Origin: an uncultured archaeon
GTDB taxonomy: Archaea; Thermoproteota; Nitrososphaeria; Nitrososphaerales; Gagatemarchaeaceae
Direction of reading: 5' to 3'
Assembly (NCBI GenBank): GCA_963799775.1
Contig: CAWCYD010000001.1
Span: forward strand, 1 to 27,259
Length of the DNA stretch: 27,259 nucleotides
Under the pieces are notes generated by a model. The model did no database searches and was not told the DNA's origin. It saw only the letters and a program-made list of their open reading frames with translations. The position numbers were made by a program, and so were the translations under genes. Positions 17,329-25,584 of this stretch are shown here, piece after piece (the first letter of the stretch is position 1; each line of letters begins with the position of its first letter).

Positions 17329-17709
17329 TTGAACCTCAACGCGTTCTTCGATGTGTTGCTCGCAGGCACCTGCCTCGCCCCTGGTTATTACCTAGTCAGA
17401 ACGCTCCACCAGATCTACAACATCGAAGAGCTGAGCATGCTCAGATACGAATGGATCCCCGTCCTGATGACGGGCATATTCTTCGCTGCGTGGGTCATCG
17501 AAGGAGCTTACTTCGACTACATGGGCGACGTGACGGTCCAGACGAGCGGCATAAGGGACGCGACGCTCTTCGGCTCGGTCTCAATTTTTGCAATAGGGAC
17601 CGCAAGATTCGCCGAAATATGGGGCGGATACGTCAAGGGCGTCAAAATAAAGCGAGATATGGAGCTGAAGGCCGGAGCCATCCCCAGCCCTCACGAAGAG
17701 CTGAGCTAG
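17329..17709 (+). CDS. Hypothetical membrane protein (about 3 TM)
   Basis: Hydrophobic segments; TTTTAATAA at about 17300 favours TTG 17329 over ATG 17278. Confidence 0.65.
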   Translation: MNLNAFFDVLLAGTCLAPGYYLVRTLHQIYNIEELSMLRYEWIPVLMTGIFFAAWVIEGAYFDYMGDVTVQTSGIRDATLFGSVSIFAIGTARFAEIWGGYVKGVKIKRDMELKAGAIPSPHEELS

Positions 17710-17821
17710 GTCTGTTTCATGCATATTCTCACTCAAATCGGGCTCGCTAGAGGCAATGGCCGCATACTTTCTGGATTACGCCAAGAATCGATATAGGCCA
17801 AAGCTCACCCCCATTCAGACA

Positions 17822-18850
17822 ATGAAGACATACGTACGGAACACAGCACTGACATCACTAGCAATCGTCCTCCTGCTAGGCGGCACTTCAGGCGCCTTTG
17901 CAGCCACACCAACACAAACACTCAACGCCACCATGGCGGGCGGGGTCACAAGCCTCGGCACCCAGACATATTCCGTTAGCGGCGGCGTTGTCTACTACGG
18001 CAACATTGGGACAAGTTCAATCGACAGCTCGGCATCACTCCAGTACAACCTAATCGCGACCCAAAGCGGGACGACTACGAGAGGTTTCGGAAGCATCCGC
18101 TTCTCCGAGACCGTCGGCGGAGTTCCACTTCGCGTGAGCGGCACCTTCCAGATCGGCGGCTCAGACTCGATTGCGGGCCTCCCGGCTGGTTGCACCCTAC
18201 CCACACCAACCTCCCAAGGAAACTGCCAGCAGACACTTCCATTCGACTTCATAGGGACCTCGAACGTGCAGCTGACCATCGGGGGAACCACAGTACCAGA
18301 AACACTAGTCATCGAATCACCCTACTGGAACCCATGGGGCGGGCCGATATACCTGGCCTCTCCAGACGGAGCGATACTCATCGTGGCGACATACACCCAG
18401 GGAAGCATCATTTGGACGGGCGCTCAGACCGGAGGTACCATCACCGGCACCCTCGGCGGGAGTCCGGTCTCTGGCTATTTCAGCCAGACTTCCTTAGAGT
18501 ATGAGAACTTGGTGGCTGGCACCGCAACGGACGCGGGGACCATCCAATTCTACACGAACGTGGCGTCTCTGAACTCCAAGGGCACCTACACCGGAACAGA
18601 CACCATACCAGGACCAGGCACAGACTGCACATCGATCACCGGCCTTCCAATGACCTGCACCGAAACAGGTTTCCAGTCCAATGGCAACTTCAGGGCGGGC
18701 GCACTGTCTGGAAGCTACTCCACCACATGGGGAATTCCAGCGTACCAGTTCAGCTCGACTGTCAATGGGCAAGTCTCGCAGAATGGGAACTCGCAACATC
18801 AGGGACAGGCTTGGTTCAATCAGCTCCAGAGTTGGTTCGGCCGATTCTAG
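17822..18850 (+). CDS. Secreted Gly/Thr/Ser-rich beta-strand protein
   Basis: Sec signal MKTYVRNTALTSLAIVLLLGGTSGAFA/AT; mature part is charge-poor with two Cys pairs. Confidence 0.8.
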   Translation: MKTYVRNTALTSLAIVLLLGGTSGAFAATPTQTLNATMAGGVTSLGTQTYSVSGGVVYYGNIGTSSIDSSASLQYNLIATQSGTTTRGFGSIRFSETVGGVPLRVSGTFQIGGSDSIAGLPAGCTLPTPTSQGNCQQTLPFDFIGTSNVQLTIGGTTVPETLVIESPYWNPWGGPIYLASPDGAILIVATYTQGSIIWTGAQTGGTITGTLGGSPVSGYFSQTSLEYENLVAGTATDAGTIQFYTNVASLNSKGTYTGTDTIPGPGTDCTSITGLPMTCTETGFQSNGNFRAGALSGSYSTTWGIPAYQFSSTVNGQVSQNGNSQHQGQAWFNQLQSWFGRF

Positions 18851-18899
18851 CGGGCTCAGAGTCTAGACATCAGTGACTGCGGAAGACAAAGGCAAACGC

Positions 18900-18935
18900 G
18901 GGGGAGCAGAACTGAACTCCCCCTCCTCATTTTTT
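18900..18935 (+). terminator. Hairpin plus T-run terminator
   Basis: GGGGGAG (18900-18906) pairs with CTCCCCC (18917-18923), followed by TTTTTT (18930-18935). Confidence 0.6.
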
Positions 18936-19194
18936 CAAGACCCAGAGCGTAGAATGGCGACTATTGCGCCCTTTTCGAGATGAATAGCAGGCGTGGGAGG
19001 CGCGTTTTAGACGGTGAGAGGCCATGATCCTTCTTCCAGAACGTCGGAACCCGGAAACAATGGATGCGCCGTGGAGGCAACGCGTTTATCGCTAATCGTG
19101 GTTGGAATCGGCGCGTTTTCTTGCCGACTTCCATAACGTTTGGTGACCTGCGTCCCGGTTATCCCAAAATCGCTTAACTCTGCAGGATGCCCAT

Positions 19195-19713
19195 GTGGTG
19201 CTGATGTACAGCAAGCAGGCCGACGCGCCATTCGAATTGGACATCAGCGACTTCAACTGCAGCCTGTCCAGGATCAAGGTCTCCAAGCTCACCCTCGGCC
19301 ACAGCGCAGCCATGCCCAAGGTCTCCTTCGACCTCGGCGCAGACATCAAGGAAGTTGAGACCTCGAATGGAAGGCTCCGCCTGAAGTACACGCTCTTCAT
19401 CGACGCCAACCCGGCGGTCGAGAGAGCCGAGCTGGAGGGAGAAGTGACGATCACAAGCCCAAGGATCACGAAGGTCACCGACCTGCAGGCGCTCGGCGAG
19501 GAGAAGATCTCCGCCATCGCGATGCAGATCTACCAGAAGAATTTCGAGGCGCTGTACCTGACGTTCGAGACCGCGGGACTGGTAGCGCCCTCCCCCTGGC
19601 TGATCCAAGACGTCCACCTGGCTCCAGGAGAGATGGTCATCGAGCCTGAGACGCAAGTGCAGGCCGTGCAGGCAGCGCCCGCCGCAGAGCCCATTGCCCC
19701 AATCGCCCAGTAG
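19195..19713 (+). CDS. Hypothetical protein, SecB-like fold candidate (paralog 1)
   Basis: Four alternating beta strands, then helix MQIYQKNFEALYL and APSPWL; homologous to 19832..20266. Confidence 0.7.
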   Translation: MVLMYSKQADAPFELDISDFNCSLSRIKVSKLTLGHSAAMPKVSFDLGADIKEVETSNGRLRLKYTLFIDANPAVERAELEGEVTITSPRITKVTDLQALGEEKISAIAMQIYQKNFEALYLTFETAGLVAPSPWLIQDVHLAPGEMVIEPETQVQAVQAAPAAEPIAPIAQ

Positions 19714-19831
19714 CGTAACAGGCCAAACCTGGAGTGCGAGCCGCTCTCCCTGGAAACAAAGCCTTCACGAAAACTACGGTCGGCTGGCGTTTGCAATCAG
19801 CCTTAGAGTGCTGTGGGGGTGAGATTCGGCC

Positions 19832-20266
19832 TCAGACCGATATCGAGGGCGCCTTTTCTTCCTTAGCAGATGCCATCTCGCCAGGAGACGCCATCTTGAC
19901 CACCTTCATCAGGCCCGGTGACGGGTAAGGTATCTTCAGAGACCCCGAGAGGAGGTAGAGGATGGCGTAGACCTTCTGGTAGATGCTCATGAAGACCGGG
20001 GGCGGCGTGTTCCCGTCTGGGGTCTTCAGCAGCGCCTGGATGTCGGGCTCCTCTCCCGTGATCCTTGCGGTACCGGACACGTCCATCCTCGCGACGGGGG
20101 GCTGGGAAGTTATCGAAATGCTGTACTTGAGCGTGAACTGCCCTGCCTGGTGGTCCGTCTCGGTCAGGGAGGCCGCGACGTCGAAGGTGACGTTGGTCTC
20201 GTCCCTGGTTTCCTCGCTGAGGCGGACCGCCTCCACGTTCTTGACCAGAACTTCGACTTCTACCAT
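19832..20266 (-). CDS. Hypothetical protein, SecB-like fold candidate (paralog 2)
   Basis: VTFDVAASLTE...LKYSISI..QPPVARMDVSG...MSIYQKVYAILYL...PYPSPGL shows the same pattern as paralog 1. Confidence 0.75.
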   Translation of the reverse strand: MVEVEVLVKNVEAVRLSEETRDETNVTFDVAASLTETDHQAGQFTLKYSISITSQPPVARMDVSGTARITGEEPDIQALLKTPDGNTPPPVFMSIYQKVYAILYLLSGSLKIPYPSPGLMKVVKMASPGEMASAKEEKAPSISV

Positions 20267-20393
20267 TTGAGAATACCCTAATCGACTGATTTAGCAAGGT
20301 CACTCAAGTCAATTTAAAGGTATACGAACCTCGGTTATGAACTGCGAATCCATAAGCATTTAATTATAAGTCAGCAGGTTTTTACCTGGTCCG

Positions 20394-22907
20394 ATGAGCT
20401 CTCGCGAAGACAAGAACCCCAAGACGACCATTACCACGTCTTCGGAAGGAAAGGGAGCCCGTCTCTCTGTAAAGCTCTCAGTCACGCCGCGCACTGGCGA
20501 GCAGTCGCTCAAGGAGAAGTATGGGGTCTCAAAGTACGACCTCGGCGTCGGCTATCCAGTGCCCGAGGCCCTCAGGAGCATGATACCATCGAAGGTCCCC
20601 GACTACGTCGACGAAGGGGAGGGGTACGTCGAGAGGATCATGAGGGCGTTGTACTATTTCAGGCAGACCGCGCTCATCGGGCCCAGCGGCACGGGCAAGA
20701 GCGTCTGCCACGGTGAACCGGTCTTTGTGCTTCTTGACGGAAAACCGAGGTTGACGACGGTCGACTCGCTCTTCGAGGAGCTGGGACGAAGGTACCCTGT
20801 CACGCTCGACGAGGACAACTGGGAGACGATAGCCCCAACCGGAGTCGACCTTAGAGTCTTGTCGTTCGACAGGCTTTCCGGCGGGGTCTCTTGGAGGCGG
20901 GCCCATGCCCTCGCGCGCTCTGCTTACAAGGGGACGGTCGTCGAGGTCACCACATCTAGGAACCGGACGATAAGGGCCACCCCCGAGCATTCTTTCATCA
21001 CTGACGAAAGCGAGGTGAAGGCAAGTCAAGTAAGGCCTGGGACGAGGATTCCGATAATGAGGCGGGTTCCGATGGCCGGAATCCAACCGCTCTCTGAGAT
21101 ATCGGTAGCAGACCTTGTCCCCGGCGCCAAGCTGACCGAGAGAGGCGTGGTCCTTGGGGCGAGAGAGGACCTGCAGATCCCTGCGCCACCTGTCATCGCA
21201 CTCAACGAGGAGTTCTCCTGGTTCCTAGGGTTCTTCGTCGCAGAAGGCTACGTAGGAAAGGGCTTCGCTTCCATCTACCAGAAGGATGCCCAGCCCATTG
21301 CTAGATGCACGACCCTCCTGGCCTCGATGGGCCTCGAGACCTCGACCAGGATACAGCGGGGCCTCACCGAGCTTCGCGTCTTCAGCAAGGCGTTCGTGTC
21401 GTTCCTCTCTCTAGGCACCGTGAGCAGGCGAGTCGGCAGCGGCAAGGGGTCGCAAGCGAGGTACAAGAAGGTCCCCGACTTCGTATTCGCGATGCCTGAA
21501 CAGTCGAAGATTGCGTTCCTAAAGGGCTTCCTCGAGGGCGACGGCTGGGAGGAGGAGGGGTCAGAGCTCCTGTTCGGCACTTCCAGCAGGGAGCTCGCGA
21601 ACGGGCTCATGATGCTCCTTGAGCAGCTGGACACCTTCCCGACCCTTCGAGTGAAGAAAGGCGAAGGCGTCCGCTCATACTCGGTCGTGATAGCCAGGGA
21701 CGGGGCCGCGAGGCTCGGAGTGGCAATCACCGGCATGCGAGGCTCGACTGACAATAGGGGACACGTCGAGAAGGTCAAGGTGACACCCGAGATGCTCGCC
21801 ACCGCGAAGAGAGCCTACAGGTCGCTTCCTGACGAGCTCAAGACGAAGGCCTACCACAAGAAGACAGTTTCACGCCTCTACTCGGGGACTGGCATGATAG
21901 GGCTCCGGGCGCTTTCGAGGATAGCGGCCGACCTTAGCTCTCCGGAGCTGAAGAGCGTCGCTGAGTCAGGGGTGCTCTGGGACGAGGTCAAGAGCGTCGA
22001 ACGGACACCTTATGACGGCTGGGTCTACGACTTCCAAGTCCCGGGAACGGAGACGTTCGCAGCAGGATTCGGCGGCATCTTGACCCACAACACCCACATT
22101 GTCTACCTCGTAGCCCAGATTGCAGGACTCCCTCTTTGGGAGATCAACTGCGGTCTCCAGACGTCCGTCTACGACATGTTCGGCAGGTTCGTGGGACTGG
22201 GGAAGGACAACTGGATCGACGGGACGATCGTCTCCTGGTGCAGGTTCGGCGGGATACTCTACCTGGACGAGGCGAACATGATGAAGCAAGACATCGCGAC
22301 CAGGCTGAACCCGATCCTGGACACGAGAGGGCACATGGTGCTGAACGAGAAGGACAACGAGGTGATAGAGAGGAACCCGTTCGGATACGTCGTCATCAGC
22401 ATGAACCCGTACTCGTCGGAGTTCTCGGGAACGAAGCCGCTCAACGCCGCGTTCAGGAGGCGCATGAGCGTGTGGATCGATTTCGACTACCTTAGCGTGG
22501 GCACGAAGATATCCCCCAGAGAGGTCAAGATGCTCTCCGAGCGCGCCAAGATACCCCTCGACACCGCTGAGAAGGTGATCAGGGTGGGGGCAGAGGTGAG
22601 GAAGAGGTACAAGAGCGGGGACCTGCCCTACGGGCCCTCGGTCGGAGACCTGATCAACTGGTCCACCCTCATCGCCGACGGCCTGGACCCCAAGGCGGCC
22701 GCGGACGAGACGCTGGTCTCGCTGACCTCGGACGACGCCGAGGTCCAAGGCGTCGTGAGGAGGATCGTCTCGCTGGTCTTCGGCAGTGGAACTAGCGGGG
22801 CAGGCAGCAGTAGCGGTACTGGGATCAATTCCGCCGCGACCCCAGCAAAGACCCCCGCAACCACCCCAGCAACGACCAAGCCGGTAGAGAAGACTGAACA
22901 TCCTTGA
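20394..22907 (+). CDS. CbbQ/NirQ/NorQ/GvpN-type (MoxR-related) AAA+ ATPase, intein-containing precursor
   Basis: Removing the intein restores Walker A GPSGTGK|T. Walker B ILYLDEAN, sensor ISMNP, PLNAAFRRR. Spliced length is 373 aa. Confidence 0.92.
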   Translation: MSSREDKNPKTTITTSSEGKGARLSVKLSVTPRTGEQSLKEKYGVSKYDLGVGYPVPEALRSMIPSKVPDYVDEGEGYVERIMRALYYFRQTALIGPSGTGKSVCHGEPVFVLLDGKPRLTTVDSLFEELGRRYPVTLDEDNWETIAPTGVDLRVLSFDRLSGGVSWRRAHALARSAYKGTVVEVTTSRNRTIRATPEHSFITDESEVKASQVRPGTRIPIMRRVPMAGIQPLSEISVADLVPGAKLTERGVVLGAREDLQIPAPPVIALNEEFSWFLGFFVAEGYVGKGFASIYQKDAQPIARCTTLLASMGLETSTRIQRGLTELRVFSKAFVSFLSLGTVSRRVGSGKGSQARYKKVPDFVFAMPEQSKIAFLKGFLEGDGWEEEGSELLFGTSSRELANGLMMLLEQLDTFPTLRVKKGEGVRSYSVVIARDGAARLGVAITGMRGSTDNRGHVEKVKVTPEMLATAKRAYRSLPDELKTKAYHKKTVSRLYSGTGMIGLRALSRIAADLSSPELKSVAESGVLWDEVKSVERTPYDGWVYDFQVPGTETFAAGFGGILTHNTHIVYLVAQIAGLPLWEINCGLQTSVYDMFGRFVGLGKDNWIDGTIVSWCRFGGILYLDEANMMKQDIATRLNPILDTRGHMVLNEKDNEVIERNPFGYVVISMNPYSSEFSGTKPLNAAFRRRMSVWIDFDYLSVGTKISPREVKMLSERAKIPLDTAEKVIRVGAEVRKRYKSGDLPYGPSVGDLINWSTLIADGLDPKAAADETLVSLTSDDAEVQGVVRRIVSLVFGSGTSGAGSSSGTGINSAATPAKTPATTPATTKPVEKTEHP
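20700..22091 (+). mobile_element. Intein (464 aa) with LAGLIDADG homing endonuclease
   Basis: Ser1 (SVCHGEPV), block B ATPEH, endonuclease motifs WFLGFFVAEG and AFLKGFLEGDG, block F VYDFQV, terminal HN followed by Thr+1. Confidence 0.95.
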
Positions 22908-24603
22908 CTATTCGTGGAACACTGCGACAAGCATAGCGCAGCACGACTACGACACCTTCAGGCTCATACTCGACGAGAACCTCAAGACGCCCATCCTCTC
23001 GGGAGACAGCAGGGGCTACGTGGTAAAGCTCCCGTCTCCCAAGACCATAGACGAGAGGTTCTACCAGCTCCAGGGGCTCTACATGGACCAGGACACGAAG
23101 GGCTGGGAGACGACCTGGCGCAACTTCAGGGCGTCGCTCTTCCACCTCTCCCTGCACGCGGCGTTCTCAGACTTCAAGGGCTACGCCCCCTGGGCCAAGG
23201 CCAAGGAGGTGGGCGCGGCCACGTTTGCGGTCTCGCTGGTGGAGGACTGCCACATCGTCGCGGAAGCCAGGACGAAGTGGGCAGGGGTCCTCGCAGACCT
23301 GGCGTACGCTAGCTACCTCTCCGCGCTCCGCCTTCCCCAACCGGACGACATCGACAACACTCCCGTTCGTGTTGCGACAAAGCTCCTCCTTAGCTCGGCA
23401 GGCGTGTTCAGGTCGAGCGGGTCGAGGCTTTCTCGCGAGGAGGACGCGGAGGTCGCCGGCATCGACGAACGGGTGAGGATAAACGTGGATGAGTACGTCA
23501 AGCACAAGACGCCCGAGAGCAAGGCCCTCCTGGCAAAGGCGGCTCAGGAGATCTATTCCGCAGTCAGCGACGGAGGGCCCCTCCACGAGATACCCTGCTT
23601 CCCCTTCACAGAGGCTCACGGGCCTTGCGACCTCTTCGAGGGGAAGCTCCTGGAGAACGACCAGAGCAAGGGGGACTCTCTGCTCAGGTCGGCCCTGGGC
23701 AGGGTGGGGCTCACGGAAGACTCGACCGCGACCGACTCGATATTCCTCTCAGAGGCCCAAGAGGTTCTCATGGGCACCGAAAGCTCGAACTCGAGGCTGG
23801 CGAAGATAAGGGCGTACTACGAGGGTCTGATTGCGCCGACGCGGCTTGAAAGCATCGAAATCCCTCCGGGCGACTACGCCGGTTTCCAGCGCGTCAGGTC
23901 GGAGCTGGCAGGGCCCATAAAGAACGTCAGGGACCAGCTGATGATGGTCAAGAACGTCCTCGACGACGTCGCAGGCCACGACGCGGGGGCGCAGCTCGAC
24001 ACTCAGGCGGTCATGCAGGTGATGGCGACCGAGTCGGCGAGGACCGACGTCTTCGAGCAGCTCCAGCCGATGTACAAGGACGAGGCGTGGGTGATACTCA
24101 TCGACGCTAGCAAGAGCATTTCCACGTTCGCCCACGAGACCAGGGGGATCGCCACCTGCCTCGCGGAGGTCGCGACGAAGCTCATGAGGCAGAGGACCCA
24201 GTGGGCCATGCTCTCGTTCAACAACTCGATACAGGTCATAAAGGACTTCAGCGAGAACTACGACATGACGACCAAGGCCAGGATCGGGGGCCTCAGCCAG
24301 AAGAGCACGACCCTCCTCCCTGACGCCCTCCAGGTAGCGCACAAGGCCCTCAGCACTAGGGAGGCGGGAGTGCGCATCCTGGTGGTCGTCTCGGACGGCT
24401 ACCCCTCTGGATACAACGACATCGACAAGAAGCTGGTCTCGGTCATAAAGGGGTTCGCAAAGTCGGACATCTACCTGATGGGAGTGGGGGTGGACAGCGG
24501 CGCGATCAAGGAGTACTTCCCTGTCAACTGCGTACTGAGCACCCCGTACGAGATGATGAAGACCTTCGCGAAGTCCTACCTCGAGCTTGCCTACAGCTTC
24601 TAG
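22894..24603 (+). CDS. vWA-domain protein (CbbO/NorD-like partner of the AAA+ ATPase)
   Basis: MIDAS ILIDASKS, TLLPDAL, VVVSDG. The frame is open from 22888, so a CTG start at 22894 (MNILDYSW) is possible; the ORF track uses GTG 23020. Confidence 0.88.
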   Translation: MNILDYSWNTATSIAQHDYDTFRLILDENLKTPILSGDSRGYVVKLPSPKTIDERFYQLQGLYMDQDTKGWETTWRNFRASLFHLSLHAAFSDFKGYAPWAKAKEVGAATFAVSLVEDCHIVAEARTKWAGVLADLAYASYLSALRLPQPDDIDNTPVRVATKLLLSSAGVFRSSGSRLSREEDAEVAGIDERVRINVDEYVKHKTPESKALLAKAAQEIYSAVSDGGPLHEIPCFPFTEAHGPCDLFEGKLLENDQSKGDSLLRSALGRVGLTEDSTATDSIFLSEAQEVLMGTESSNSRLAKIRAYYEGLIAPTRLESIEIPPGDYAGFQRVRSELAGPIKNVRDQLMMVKNVLDDVAGHDAGAQLDTQAVMQVMATESARTDVFEQLQPMYKDEAWVILIDASKSISTFAHETRGIATCLAEVATKLMRQRTQWAMLSFNNSIQVIKDFSENYDMTTKARIGGLSQKSTTLLPDALQVAHKALSTREAGVRILVVVSDGYPSGYNDIDKKLVSVIKGFAKSDIYLMGVGVDSGAIKEYFPVNCVLSTPYEMMKTFAKSYLELAYSF

Positions 24604-24631
24604 TGCGCTTCTTCGCCTCTCCGTTATCGTT

Positions 24632-24656
24632 ATTTATCATGTTAAGCATGATAAAT
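24632..24656. promoter_or_regulatory. Perfect 10-bp inverted repeat over the TATA box (operator)
   Basis: ATTTATCATG-ttaag-CATGATAAAT ends 3 nt before ATG 24660 of an RHH protein. Confidence 0.75.
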
Positions 24657-24659
24657 CGC

Positions 24660-25055
24660 ATGAAGAAGCAGGTGCTGATTAGGGGCGTCGACGAGGACAT
24701 CTACAGGAAGGCCAAGTCAGCAGCAGCGCTCCAAGGAGTTTCGATGGGACTGGCCGTGAGCGAAGCCCTGAGAGGCTGGGTAGAGAGCGTGCGATCCGAG
24801 GATGACATTCAGAAAGAAGTGAAGCGTAACGTCCAGTACGTGAAGGCGCACTGGAGCGACTTGAAGAGGCACAAAGGCGAGGCAGTCGTGATCTCCGGAA
24901 GGAAGCTTCAGGGCGTCTTCAGTTCCTATGAAGAGGCGCGAAGCTTCTCCTCGCGGTTCAAGGTCGCTCTGACCTTTGTTGTCGACAAGATGCCGCAGAC
25001 TCGTGAGCTAGAGCTTGGACCAGATTTGGAAGTACAGCACGAGATCCAGTCCTAG
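24660..25055 (+). CDS. RHH DNA-binding domain plus DUF5678-like domain (antitoxin-like)
   Basis: KQVLIRGVDEDIYRKAKSAAALQGVSMGLAVSEALRGWV (RHH); LKRHKGEAVVISGRKLQGVFSSYEEA (DUF5678-like). Confidence 0.75.
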   Translation: MKKQVLIRGVDEDIYRKAKSAAALQGVSMGLAVSEALRGWVESVRSEDDIQKEVKRNVQYVKAHWSDLKRHKGEAVVISGRKLQGVFSSYEEARSFSSRFKVALTFVVDKMPQTRELELGPDLEVQHEIQS

Positions 25056-25401
25056 CGCGCCCGTGGTTTCGGTCGAGTTGGCCGGCATCACGGTTGAATG
25101 CCTCGTGGATACCGGATTTTCTGGCGGGCTCATCAAACCTTTCTCGACCTTCGAGTCGCTCGGCCTCCTTGCGGAGCTTGACCCAGAAGAATATCTGGCC
25201 GTCATGCCTGATTCCAGGAGGGTGGCGCTGTACACGGCGAGCGAGGAAGTCAAGGCAGGGTCGTGGCGAGTGCGCACTTTGGTCCACGCCGCCCCGGCAC
25301 TTCGCAGGACGCTGGTAGGGAGGAGGTTCTTGGAATCCTTTGTCACAACGCTGGACGGACCCCGCGCGACTCTCTCTTTGTCAGGGGACTCTCCGCGATG
25401 A
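25015..25401 (+). CDS. Clan AA (retropepsin-like) aspartic protease
   Basis: CLVDTGFSG catalytic motif and LVGRRFL psi-loop; overlaps the upstream gene. Confidence 0.85.
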   Translation: MDQIWKYSTRSSPSAPVVSVELAGITVECLVDTGFSGGLIKPFSTFESLGLLAELDPEEYLAVMPDSRRVALYTASEEVKAGSWRVRTLVHAAPALRRTLVGRRFLESFVTTLDGPRATLSLSGDSPR

Positions 25402-25584
25402 GTTCATGCCATCTTCATGGAGGGAGAGGGGAGGCGCGGAAAGCAACGCCATCGAGCTGCATCCCTCAATGAATTATCTCCTCAGCTGCCCTTGTGAGGC
25501 GATGAGGATATTCACGAGTCCTGATTCGATCCATCCTGGCATGTTCTAGCCCCGGGAGGTAGGGGTCCCGCCCCAAGAAGTGGC

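Noticed and set aside
22838-22879. Short tandem repeats (ACCCCAGCAA-like)
   Set aside because: They encode the low-complexity TPAK/TPAT/TPAT tail of the ATPase; not CRISPR or a regulatory array.
20394-22907. Gas vesicle gvpN, Rubisco activase cbbQ or norQ as a specific gene call
   Set aside because: The family fits, but no gvpA, Rubisco or nor genes are nearby, so no symbol is assigned.
7497-24342. Many long antisense or alternate-frame ORFs (e.g. 7497..8603 -, 13260..14201 -, 13541..14320 +, 15383..16171 +, 21966..22901 -)
   Set aside because: They shadow well-supported genes and are expected from high GC3 codon bias; they carry no recognisable motifs.
25402-25584. Possible gene remnant or duplicated gene end after the protease cassette
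   Set aside because: No match to the vWA 3' end was found and the translations I checked carry no recognisable motif.
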